DNA of 64,000 nucleotides from Verrucomicrobiia bacterium (lineage in GTDB: Bacteria > Verrucomicrobiota > Verrucomicrobiia > Limisphaerales > UBA11358), in the NCBI GenBank assembly GCA_036269115.1, contig DATAST010000091.1, forward strand, positions 24,889 to 88,888. The letters are read 5' to 3'. The first letter of the stretch is position 1. Every line of letters starts with the position of its first letter. Of this stretch, positions 23,321 to 32,482 are shown piece by piece. The position numbers and the translations under genes were made by a program. The notes under the pieces were generated by a model. It did not search any database. It was not told where the DNA came from and saw nothing but the letters and a program-made list of their open reading frames with translations.

Positions 23321-24601
23321 ATGGATAAAATTATGAAAACAAAATTCAAAATATTCGGAAGCATCTTCATCCTGACGGCGTTCGCTGCCATGCAATTGTG
23401 GGCGCAACGGACCGGCGGTTATGGCGGCGGCGGCGGTTATGGCGGCGGCTTTGGTGGCGGTTTCAACCGCGGCGGCTTTGGCGGCTTTGGTGGTAGCAGC
23501 GCCGCCGCTTCGACTAGCAGCCAATACAATAATAACGGCACCGTCGGAAACGCGACCATCGAAGTGGACCCGGACACGGGAAATATCATGGTCATTGCTG
23601 ACCAGCAGACGAGCATGGCCATCAGCAACGTCATTGCGAACATGGACCGGCCAAAGCCCCAGGTGCTTATCAAAGTGGTGTTTTTGGAAGTCCAGTTGGA
23701 CAACGCCGAAGCTCTCGGCGTGCAGGGCTCGTACACGCCTCAGGAAAGTTGGTTCTCTCAAATCACGGGTTTAGTGACGAATACATTTAATGTCACCAGC
23801 AATGGAACGGTGGTTCCGGGTACCGTATCGCCGACCCGCCAAACCTTTAATGTGAACAATGGTTTCGGTTTGCCCCAAACGCTTGCAGGCGCGACTGGAA
23901 ACGCCGGTGTTTATTCAGTCCTGGGCAGCGACTTCACGGCCACATTGCAGGCCATTGCTACTTCGGGTAAGGCGCAAATTGTCTCGCGCCCATCCATCCT
24001 GGCGCGCGACGGCCAGCCGGCCACTATTCTGGTGGGATCGGAAGTCCCGCTCGTCACCGGCATCAGCTATGAAACCGTTGGCGCCAACACGGTCCCCATC
24101 AACAATGTCACCTATACGCCCGTGGGCATCCAGGTGAACGTCACACCTTATGTTTCCCCGGATAATTATGTGGAAATGATCGTCACGCCCCAGGACTCGG
24201 AAGTGGATCCCACCCAAACCGAACCCATTGGCGGCGGCGTCAATGCGCCCGTCATTGACACGCGCTCGGCAGATACTGTGGTCCTCACGCCCGACGGCCA
24301 AACCGTCGTCATCGGCGGTCTCATCGCAAACGACAAACAATCCGCTGCGACTAAAATTCCGCTTCTTGGCGATATTCCCATCCTCGGCGCACTCTTCCGC
24401 TACAAAGCCAATTCCGATGATAAGAATGAGCTGATGATCTTTATGACGCCGCATATCGTCCATGCTCCGATGGAACTGGCCAGCGCCGTCAACGCGCCTA
24501 ATCTTACCAGCGGATTTATCACCAATTCTGTCACTGAACAGCAATTGGACAAATTCCTCGAAAATATTCCGGAAAAGCAGGGGACGAAACACTGGCATTA
24601 A
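23321..24601 (+). CDS. gspD: secretin, C-terminal half (own signal peptide, second half of N3, secretin pore domain)
   Basis: ATG 23321 (or 23333) lies 13 nt after the upstream stop. Signal peptide MKTKFKIFGSIFILTAFAAMQLWAQ, then a GGYGGGGGYGGGFGGGFNRGGFGGFGG tract. ATIEVDPDTGNIMVIADQQTSMAISNVIANMDRPKPQVLIKVVFLEV follows, then the secretin domain (IVSRPSILARDGQPATILVGSEVP..IPLLGDIPILGALFRYK..ELMIFMTPHIV). Confidence 0.85.
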   Translation: MDKIMKTKFKIFGSIFILTAFAAMQLWAQRTGGYGGGGGYGGGFGGGFNRGGFGGFGGSSAAASTSSQYNNNGTVGNATIEVDPDTGNIMVIADQQTSMAISNVIANMDRPKPQVLIKVVFLEVQLDNAEALGVQGSYTPQESWFSQITGLVTNTFNVTSNGTVVPGTVSPTRQTFNVNNGFGLPQTLAGATGNAGVYSVLGSDFTATLQAIATSGKAQIVSRPSILARDGQPATILVGSEVPLVTGISYETVGANTVPINNVTYTPVGIQVNVTPYVSPDNYVEMIVTPQDSEVDPTQTEPIGGGVNAPVIDTRSADTVVLTPDGQTVVIGGLIANDKQSAATKIPLLGDIPILGALFRYKANSDDKNELMIFMTPHIVHAPMELASAVNAPNLTSGFITNSVTEQQLDKFLENIPEKQGTKHWH

Positions 24602-24629
24602 TATACAATGGTTCGCAGATAACCACCGC

Positions 24630-26198
24630 ATGGAACTCAAACGCCGCGATACATTCGTTTACGGGATCCTCCTGGGAATCTGGTTGCTGGTCGTGGGTTG
24701 GCAGGTTGAAGAGCACCTCCGCGTCGAATCCGCAGCCAGGACGGATTTGCGCAATCGTTCCACCGAAATCGCCGATACACTCAGCGCGGTCGTTCACGCA
24801 ACGCGTTTTCGTGGAACGGTCTTGCAGGATCGTCTCGGCCTGGTTCTCAATGAATTGGCAAACGTTCACACGAACGAGTTGCTAAGCTCTCCCGGCGTCT
24901 TGTCTATCGCTCTGCTCAATACTGCTGGCGATCCCGTCGTCGCCGGTGGCGATACCAACTTGATTCCGAAGGCGGCGTTGTCCGAAGGCGAATTGTGGAC
25001 CCACGACAATGTAACCTTTGTAAATCCGGTGTGGTTCGCGAGCATCGGTCCCGAAAACGCGTCCAACGCCACTGTCGTTCTGCCGCCGCCTGAGGATTTT
25101 TCCAATTCAATCCCGCGTGGTGAACGATTCGAGGGCCGCGAATTCCGAACCAACGGGATCGTCTTTTACAGTTCAACCAATCCGCCGCCGACGAACGGCG
25201 AGGGCGGCTTCTTCGGGGTTCAGCCGCCGCCTGATGACGGAAATACTAACGGCCCGCGTCGCTTTGTATTCATGGAACGTCGCAACATGCGTCGTCCGCC
25301 CTGGTTGCGCTGGATGAGCGAGGACCAGTTTAAGGCGCTGACTGCCAAACGCGAACTGCATGGGTTAGTCCTCACCATGTCCACCGAAAATCTGCTCGCG
25401 GTTTCGCGGGATGATTTGTGGATGCGCGCGATCATCGTCTTTTTCGCCGGCATTTCGGCCGTCGGCATCGGCCTGGCCTGGCGCAATTTATCGAAAACGT
25501 CTGAGCTTCAAATCCGGCTTGTTCGTGCCAGCGAATTGAATTCGCATTTGCGCGAAATGAACCTCGCGGCAGCCGGCCTCGCCCATGAAACCCGCAATCC
25601 CCTGAATATCATTCGCGGCATGGCTCAAATGATTTCAAAGTCCGATGGGTCCCCGGATCTTAAGGAAAAATCCAGGGCCATCGTGGATGAAACGGACAAA
25701 GTCACCGCGCAATTGAATGAGTTCATCAACTACTCCCGTCCGCGCGAAGTCCGCCGGGCCAGGGTCGATCTTAATGCCGTGGTTGCCGAAGTCGTCCGCG
25801 CCCTCGGCTACGACATCGAAGAAAAGAAAATCCGGGTCGAAACAAAGAAGGACCCGCTTTTTATTGAAGCGGATGAGCAATTGCTCCGGCAGGCGTTGTT
25901 CAATCTTCTTCTCAACGCCATTCAGGCGGTCGGAGAGAACGGCCAAATTCAATTTGCCGCCCGCAAAGAAAACGCCTCGGGAGCGGAACTGGAAATTCGC
26001 GACAATGGCTCCGGCGTGCCGCCCGAGCAACGCAAAGAAATCTTTAAGCCTTATTTCACCACCCATCAAAAAGGCACCGGCCTGGGATTGGCGATTGTGC
26101 AGCAGATCGTCCTGGCCCACGGCTGGGAAATCGAGTGTCTGCCCAACGAGCCTAAGGGGGCTCTGTTCCGCATCAGCCACTTAAAAGCCGCAGGGTAG
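24630..26198 (+). CDS. sensor histidine kinase (NtrB/PilS-like)
   Basis: Track ORF trimmed to ATG 24630. N-terminal TM, periplasmic region and second TM. H-box LAHETRNPLNII, N-box LLLNAIQAV, G-boxes IRDNGSGV and GTGLGLAIV. The TAG stop lies inside the head of a REPIN. Confidence 0.9.
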   Translation: MELKRRDTFVYGILLGIWLLVVGWQVEEHLRVESAARTDLRNRSTEIADTLSAVVHATRFRGTVLQDRLGLVLNELANVHTNELLSSPGVLSIALLNTAGDPVVAGGDTNLIPKAALSEGELWTHDNVTFVNPVWFASIGPENASNATVVLPPPEDFSNSIPRGERFEGREFRTNGIVFYSSTNPPPTNGEGGFFGVQPPPDDGNTNGPRRFVFMERRNMRRPPWLRWMSEDQFKALTAKRELHGLVLTMSTENLLAVSRDDLWMRAIIVFFAGISAVGIGLAWRNLSKTSELQIRLVRASELNSHLREMNLAAAGLAHETRNPLNIIRGMAQMISKSDGSPDLKEKSRAIVDETDKVTAQLNEFINYSRPREVRRARVDLNAVVAEVVRALGYDIEEKKIRVETKKDPLFIEADEQLLRQALFNLLLNAIQAVGENGQIQFAARKENASGAELEIRDNGSGVPPEQRKEIFKPYFTTHQKGTGLGLAIVQQIVLAHGWEIECLPNEPKGALFRISHLKAAG

Positions 26199-26353
26199 GG
26201 ACTCCGCTTTTGGCAAGTGGCGCTGCCAACGGCGTCCGCGCCGCGTTGAGCGGGCTAAACATGAGCGGTACAGATCCCGCGACTCTCGTTGCGCCGCTGC
26301 ACGCGGCGTGGACAGCGGTGGCAGCGCCACTTGCAAAGAGCGCCGTCCCTGCC
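26194..26353. repeat. REPIN-like element copy 3 (long-arm subtype)
   Basis: GGTAGGGAC..GTCCCTGCC ends. Both arms are the long type (GGCAAGTGGCGCTGCC / GGCAGCGCCACTTGC). Fills the kinase-regulator intergenic space. Confidence 0.8.
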
Positions 26354-26393
26354 GATTAGGTCTTATTTGTCCTATTTGCCCCGTTTGTGTACC

Positions 26394-27761
26394 ATGGCGG
26401 CAGGCATGAAAAACGGAAATAAAATTGTCCGCATCCTGATCGTGGACGACGACCCAGGCCAGCGCAGCCTGCTCAATTCCTTTTTAAAAAGCCAACGCTT
26501 CGAAACCGTGACGGCCGATTCCGGCGAGCATGCCCTGGAACTCCTGCGCGGAGGCAAATTCGACATGATGATATCGGACGTTCGAATGCCTGGTCTTTCC
26601 GGACTGGAAACACTCCGCCTGGCTCGCAAGGAACATGTTACGCTGCCCGTGCTTCTGGTGACCGCTTTCACCGACGTTCGTGACGCAGTGGCCGCGATGC
26701 GCGACGGCGCGGTTAACTATCTTGCCAAGCCGATTGACCTTGATGAACTGCTCGCCTCCGTGCGCAACGCCGTGGGCATCGCCGAGACCGCGGCCCCGGT
26801 TGGCCAGGTAGACAAACCATTGCCGGATTTCCTGGTCGCGCGCAGTCCGTTGATGCAGGCCGTCCTGCGCGATGCCTCGCTCATCGCTCCCTCCGAAACG
26901 CGAGTGCTCATCACTGGCGAGAGCGGCGTGGGCAAGGAAGTGCTGGCGGATGTCGTTCATTCGTGGAGTCCACGCGCATCCGGTCCGATCATTAAAGTCA
27001 ACTGCGCCGCCATTCCTGAAACGCTCCTGGAAAGCGAACTGTTCGGGCACGAGCGCGGTGCTTTTACTGGAGCCCATGCCCAGCGCATCGGCCGTTTTGA
27101 AAAAGCTTCCGACGGCTCGATTTTTCTCGATGAAATCGCCGAAATGTCCCCGTCCCTTCAGGCGAAATTACTGCGCGTGACCCAGGACGGCCGCTTTCAG
27201 CGCATTGGTTCGAACACGGAAATACAAACTTTCGCCCGCATCATTGCCGCCAGCAATCGCAATCTCGAGGATGAAGTCAAAGCGGGCCGTTTCCGTGAAG
27301 ATTTGTTTTATCGGCTCAACGTCGTGGAATTGTGCATTCCGCCATTACGGGAGCGGCGCGAGGACATCCTGCCGCTGGCCAGCGGTTTTATCGAAGAATT
27401 TGCCAAAGGCCGGGCGCGGTTTTCCGAAACCGTGGCCGCGTGTCTGGAGGGGTATCGCTGGCCGGGTAACATCCGTGAATTGCGAAATGCCATGGAGCGC
27501 GCGGTGCTTCTCTCACGCAGCGAATTGATTTTGCCGGAGCATTTGCCGTCGCGTGTCCGCGAGGCGAGCGGGCAGGGTGCAACGTCGCTTAAAACGACCG
27601 AAGCCGAAAGCTGGGACGATATCGAGCGCAACGCCATTCTCCAGGCGTTGCGCCAGCATCATTTCAATCGAACGGAAACCGCTAAAGCGCTCAGTATCAG
27701 CCGCCGCGCGCTCCTCTACAAATTGCAGCGCTTCCGCGAACAAGGGTTCGAGGTGGAATAG
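26394..27761 (+). CDS. sigma54-dependent response regulator (NtrC/PilR family)
   Basis: Track ORF trimmed to ATG 26394. Receiver (ILIVDDDPGQ..MMISDVRMPGLSG), AAA+ domain with GESGVGKE and the GAFTGA loop (ERGAFTGA), and C-terminal Fis-type HTH (RTETAKALSISRRALLYKLQRF). Confidence 0.95.
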   Translation: MAAGMKNGNKIVRILIVDDDPGQRSLLNSFLKSQRFETVTADSGEHALELLRGGKFDMMISDVRMPGLSGLETLRLARKEHVTLPVLLVTAFTDVRDAVAAMRDGAVNYLAKPIDLDELLASVRNAVGIAETAAPVGQVDKPLPDFLVARSPLMQAVLRDASLIAPSETRVLITGESGVGKEVLADVVHSWSPRASGPIIKVNCAAIPETLLESELFGHERGAFTGAHAQRIGRFEKASDGSIFLDEIAEMSPSLQAKLLRVTQDGRFQRIGSNTEIQTFARIIAASNRNLEDEVKAGRFREDLFYRLNVVELCIPPLRERREDILPLASGFIEEFAKGRARFSETVAACLEGYRWPGNIRELRNAMERAVLLSRSELILPEHLPSRVREASGQGATSLKTTEAESWDDIERNAILQALRQHHFNRTETAKALSISRRALLYKLQRFREQGFEVE

Positions 27762-27863
27762 GGGACTTAGAATCATTCTCACCTGCCCACCGTAGCTTCT
27801 GAGCGAAGGTTGGGTCCTCATCGTCATCGCCATCCTCAAAATTGATGGTCGTTGAACAGTGTT

Positions 27864-30161
27864 TCAACGTTTCGATACATCGTCGCTTTCCGCACCCTCC
27901 GTTCCCCAATTCTTGTTCGGCAACAGCCCCATATCTAACTCCAGCGTACCACCTTTGATGATGTCATCTTTGGTAATCCACGGATGGTTCAATGGCTGCC
28001 CGTTCAGCGTGGCCGACTGCACGTAGCAATATTGCTTGGTGCAATTGTGCGCGATGATCGTGAATGTCCCGCCCTTGTAATATTTCGGGTCGAGGTTGAT
28101 GACCGCTTTTTGTACCAGCGGGCTGCCAATCACATAAATTCCGTTGGCCGGGTTCGCCGGATATAGTCCCAGGGCGCTCCAGACGTACCATGCGGAAATC
28201 TGTCCGCAATCATCGTTTCCATCCAGTCCTTCCGGCGTGTTGTCATATTGCGTCAGCTGAATTTCACGAACGATCCAGGCCGTTTTGTACGGCGCGCCTG
28301 CGAGCGAGTACAGGTAAGGTGTGGCTTCGTCCGGTTCGTTGCCGTGCGAGTATTGGCCGATCAGGCCGGTCGTGTCTGAACGCCAGTCCGACATGTACGA
28401 GTCCGCATCAAAGAGTTCGTCCAGTCTGGCGATGAACGGGTGGTTCCCACCGTAAAGTGCAATCATTCCCGGGATATCCTGGAGCGCTCCGAAAGCATAT
28501 TGCCAGGCGTCTGCCTCCGTGTAATAGCGTGCGGCGTCATTGCCGCCTTGCACCACCTGGCGGTCATTAAACGGTTCGTGATATGTGCCGTCTGCTTGTT
28601 TCGAACGGAAAAACCGTGTCGACGGGTCCCAGACATTCTTGTAGTAATCGGCGCGCTTGCTGAACAAGGCCGTTTCGTCGGCCTTGCCCAGGTCTTTGGC
28701 CATCTGCGCAATGCACCAGTCATCGTAGCTCAATTCGATTGTGCGCGAAGTCGCCGCGCCCTGGCCTTTTTCCCACGGGATATATCCGTATTTTTGATAT
28801 TCATCCTGCCGGTTGCGTCCGTTCGTGGCCGTGTCCACCATCGCCGTGAGAGCGAGGTTCGGGTCGAATCCGCGGAAACCCATGAAATAGGCGTCGCGAA
28901 TGATTGGGATAGAATGGTACCCGATCATGCAGCCCGTTTCATAATTGAAGAGAGGCCAGACCGGCAGCGCGTGATCGGGCGATTCCTGGTAAAACGCCAG
29001 CATGCTTTGAATGAAATCATTGATCCTCTCGGGTTCGGTGAACATCAACAAAGGCGCTTCCGCCCGGTAAATGTCCCACATTGAAAAAGTCGAGTATTCC
29101 TGAAAATTCGCCGTATGCACTTCTTTGTCCGGGCCGCGATAGGTGCCGTCGGCATTGTTGCACAACTGCGGCGCAATCATTGAATGGTACATGCACGAAT
29201 AAAACGTCTGGCGTATGTCCGGATTGGAGGCTTCGATTTGAATGCGGGACAGGTTCTCATTCCAGGTATTCCGCGCCGCTTCGCGAACGGCGTCAAAATT
29301 GTCGTTGGGCAACTCTGTTTCCAGGTTTTTTTCAGCTTCGTCCACGCTGGTGGGGGAGATGCCGATGCGCAAGATGATTTGCTCGCCTTTGGAAGTGCGG
29401 AAATCGAGATGGCCGCGGACTCCCTTGCCTTTAGCATCGGTCGCTCCCGGCGCCAATGGTTTGCCGTCCGCTTCGAGGCCGAAATCCTTTATGGGGCGGG
29501 ATGTTTCGAGCGCGAAATAAATCAGCCGGCCTTTGGCCCATCCATTTGCACATTTGAAGCCCGTTACCAGGTGCTTGTTCACGACGGTCATTTCTTCTGA
29601 GACAGGGGTGTTTCCGATACCGTGAACTAAATCAATCAGGATGTGGCTCTGACGCGATGCGGGAAAAGTATAGCGATGCATGCCGCAGTGCGTTGTCGCC
29701 GTCAGTTCCGCAAGGATATTGTAAGTGTCGAGCTTCACGCGGTAATAGCCCGGTTGTGCAAGTTCCTCATCGTGCGAAAAATTGGATTTAAACCGGGCGG
29801 AATCCAAAGGCTGGTAGTCTCCTGGCGTATTGAGTTCGCCGGTCATCGGCAAAACCAGAACGTCTCCCAGGTCCGTGCAACCAGTCCCGGACAGATGCGT
29901 ATGGCTGAAGCCATCAATTGTATTGTCCGTGTAATAATAACCGCCGCAGGCGTCCCAGCCCCGGTCGCGGGTGTCCGGGCTCAATTGAACAAAACCAAAC
30001 GGCAGGGTCGCACCGGGAAAAGTATGGCCGTGCGCATCGGTGCCGACCATCGGCAAGGCATCGTCCACGGGCAATTCCGCCTTCAATGACAGTGCAAGGA
30101 ATAGAGTTGCAGCCGCGGCGCAAGAGCCCACCCTGGAAAAACTTATCGATTTGGAACTCAT
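27864..30161 (-). CDS. GH92 family alpha-mannosidase
   Basis: Track ORF trimmed to ATG 30161 (signal peptide MSSKSISFSRVGSCAAAATLFLALSLKA). GTDAHGHTFPGATLPFGFVQLSPDT and GFSHTHLSGTGC are GH92 hallmarks. Confidence 0.9.
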   Translation of the reverse strand: MSSKSISFSRVGSCAAAATLFLALSLKAELPVDDALPMVGTDAHGHTFPGATLPFGFVQLSPDTRDRGWDACGGYYYTDNTIDGFSHTHLSGTGCTDLGDVLVLPMTGELNTPGDYQPLDSARFKSNFSHDEELAQPGYYRVKLDTYNILAELTATTHCGMHRYTFPASRQSHILIDLVHGIGNTPVSEEMTVVNKHLVTGFKCANGWAKGRLIYFALETSRPIKDFGLEADGKPLAPGATDAKGKGVRGHLDFRTSKGEQIILRIGISPTSVDEAEKNLETELPNDNFDAVREAARNTWNENLSRIQIEASNPDIRQTFYSCMYHSMIAPQLCNNADGTYRGPDKEVHTANFQEYSTFSMWDIYRAEAPLLMFTEPERINDFIQSMLAFYQESPDHALPVWPLFNYETGCMIGYHSIPIIRDAYFMGFRGFDPNLALTAMVDTATNGRNRQDEYQKYGYIPWEKGQGAATSRTIELSYDDWCIAQMAKDLGKADETALFSKRADYYKNVWDPSTRFFRSKQADGTYHEPFNDRQVVQGGNDAARYYTEADAWQYAFGALQDIPGMIALYGGNHPFIARLDELFDADSYMSDWRSDTTGLIGQYSHGNEPDEATPYLYSLAGAPYKTAWIVREIQLTQYDNTPEGLDGNDDCGQISAWYVWSALGLYPANPANGIYVIGSPLVQKAVINLDPKYYKGGTFTIIAHNCTKQYCYVQSATLNGQPLNHPWITKDDIIKGGTLELDMGLLPNKNWGTEGAESDDVSKR

Positions 30162-30258
30162 AGAACGAAATTTTAGCCGCAGCCCCTTGCGCCGTCCAAC
30201 CTTTCTTGTATTGATCAATTTTCTTTTTTTCTTTTGCCTGTTTCCGTTAACTTTTCGT

Positions 30259-32475
30259 GTGTTGCCAAAACGATCTGTCCTGCTCCTGGTCTTGCTGTGT
30301 CGCGCTGCCTGGGCGTCTCCGGAAGTTAATTCTTCGACAAACGCCATCGCCGTCGAACCCGCAACCATTCCAATTGGCCTGGACGCCTACCGGCAATGGG
30401 AGCGCTGGCCGTTTCAACGCATCGGTATGCGGGCTTACATGCGCGGCACCTATGACCGCAGCGGCGGCAACGAAGGCGCCGACGCCAGCCACTTTCTTTA
30501 TCAATTGGCTGATGACGACAATGTCACGCTCGATGTCGAGGGGTCGGGGGTTCTCAATTTTGTTCGTTTTAATCACTGGCACGGAAGTCCCTGGCATTTC
30601 GACGTGGACGGAACGGACCATTTAATTTGTGAAAGCAGCACGACCGATCCAACGCATCCGACGACGAATTCTGTTTTCCTTCCGGCGGACGTTTTTCCAA
30701 CGCCGTTGGGAGTTACGTGGTCGGAGACAAAAGGCGCCGATTTGTCCTGGGTACCAATCGAATTCGAAAAATCGTTTCGCCTGGGCTATTCGCGGACTCA
30801 TTACGGGACGGGCTATTACATTTACGACCAATTTGTGTCCGGTACGCCATTATCGCAGCCGTTGCGGGCATGGGACGGACGGACTGCCCCGAACCAAGAC
30901 GTGCTGGACCTCATCAATCGCGCGGGGAGAAATATAGCGCCGACAAATCTGATTTATTTGAATAATAAAATTAGAAGGCTTCAGGCCAACGAGACGAATC
31001 TGGTCTTCAATATGACCACTACGCCCTCGATGGTGCGTAAACTGACCTTTCGAATTTCGCGTGACCAGGCCGTCGCATTTGGCCACGCGCGGCTTCGAAT
31101 GACTTGGGACGGCCGCACGGATCCGTCGGTGGACGCGCCCGTGGCACTATTCTTCGGAACCGGCACCTTGTACAACCGGGACAATCGCCAATACCTGGTC
31201 AAGGCATTCCCTTGCTACGTTCGGTTTGGCCAAACGAATGTTAATTTGGCCTGTTTTTTTCCGATGCCATTTTTTAAGTCTGTGAAGGTCGAATTAATTG
31301 GCCCGCCGCAGGAAAGCCTGAGCAATGTTGTTTGTCGTCTTGGCACTGAATCTTTCGATGGTAGTCCGGCGCAAGTGGGCTATTTTCACGCGACCTATCG
31401 TGACCATCCGCATCCGGTAGACGGTCATGACCTGATTTTGCTCGATACTCGTGAAACTGAAGGTGGCGGGAACTGGTCTGGCAGCTTTATTGGCACGAGT
31501 CTGATTTTTTCCGACCGCGCAATTCTCAGTACGCTTGAAGGCGATCCGAGATTTTTCTTTGATGACAGCCAGACCCCGCAAGCCTACGGCACGGGTACAG
31601 AAGAATGGGGCGGGGGAGGGGACTATTGGGGAGGCCGAAACATGACTCTGCCGTTTGCCGGGCATCCCACGGGCGCGCACAAGCCAGCTGAGGCGCAAAA
31701 TGCCGAAGATGAAATCGAATCTGCCTACCGTTTTTTGTTGGCCGATCTGATGCCTTTCGGCAAAAACGCGCGCATTCAGCTGGAACATGGCGGGACGGAC
31801 AATTCAACTGAGCATTATCAAACCGTCGCCTATTGGTATGGCGCCCCCGCCGCCGCGCTTATGAAAACCGACGAACTAAAAGTCGGCGACCCGGCCAGTG
31901 AATCGGCCCACGGCTATGTTTCGCCCCGGGCTTCCGCGCCTTATGCAATTACGTCCCGCTATGAATGGGGTGTGGATACTATCGGCTCCCATGAAGTTTT
32001 TCCGGCGACGACAGATTACGGGCGAAAGACGGCCGGCACCTCGGAATTCACTCTCCAAATTGATCCGGATAATCGTGGCGTTATGTTGCGGCGAAAGTTG
32101 GATTATCAATTTCCCAATCAAAGGGCTGAAGTCTTTGTCGCTGACGGCGACGGGCCGACCGACAAACCCAACTGGAAGCCCGCGGGCGTTTGGTACCTTG
32201 CCGGCGGCAATACGTGTGTCTATTCCAATCCAAAAGGCGAACTGGGCGCGACCCAACACAAGATAGAAACCTCCAATCGCCGATTCCGCGATGATGAATT
32301 TTTGTTGCCGCTGGACTTGACGCGAAATCGTTCTTCCATCCGGATAAAAATTAAATTCATCCCCGTGACAATACCCCTATTTCCCGGAGCACCCCTGACG
32401 GAACTAGCGTGGAGCGAAATTCGATATGACGCCTACTGCTTTGTCATGCCGCAGTGGAATCCGACAGGGCACTAA
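30259..32475 (+). CDS. DUF2961 / GH172-family glycoside hydrolase-like protein with long C-terminal extension
   Basis: GTG 30259 gives the signal peptide (M)LPKRSVLLLVLLCRAAWA. TYDRSGGNEGADASHF and AYGTGTEEWGGGGDYW resemble the DUF2961 SxDRxGGNxD and GTGTEDYF motifs. Divergent from the GH92 gene. Confidence 0.7.
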   Translation: MLPKRSVLLLVLLCRAAWASPEVNSSTNAIAVEPATIPIGLDAYRQWERWPFQRIGMRAYMRGTYDRSGGNEGADASHFLYQLADDDNVTLDVEGSGVLNFVRFNHWHGSPWHFDVDGTDHLICESSTTDPTHPTTNSVFLPADVFPTPLGVTWSETKGADLSWVPIEFEKSFRLGYSRTHYGTGYYIYDQFVSGTPLSQPLRAWDGRTAPNQDVLDLINRAGRNIAPTNLIYLNNKIRRLQANETNLVFNMTTTPSMVRKLTFRISRDQAVAFGHARLRMTWDGRTDPSVDAPVALFFGTGTLYNRDNRQYLVKAFPCYVRFGQTNVNLACFFPMPFFKSVKVELIGPPQESLSNVVCRLGTESFDGSPAQVGYFHATYRDHPHPVDGHDLILLDTRETEGGGNWSGSFIGTSLIFSDRAILSTLEGDPRFFFDDSQTPQAYGTGTEEWGGGGDYWGGRNMTLPFAGHPTGAHKPAEAQNAEDEIESAYRFLLADLMPFGKNARIQLEHGGTDNSTEHYQTVAYWYGAPAAALMKTDELKVGDPASESAHGYVSPRASAPYAITSRYEWGVDTIGSHEVFPATTDYGRKTAGTSEFTLQIDPDNRGVMLRRKLDYQFPNQRAEVFVADGDGPTDKPNWKPAGVWYLAGGNTCVYSNPKGELGATQHKIETSNRRFRDDEFLLPLDLTRNRSSIRIKIKFIPVTIPLFPGAPLTELAWSEIRYDAYCFVMPQWNPTGH

Positions 32476-32482
32476 GACCACT

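Noticed and set aside
23290-23340. Split secretin as a simple frameshift or pseudogene
   Set aside because: Not fully excluded, but the second half has its own ATG 13 nt after the stop and a canonical signal peptide. The break lies in a Gly-rich loop and both halves are otherwise intact. It is therefore kept as a finding with a re-sequencing check.
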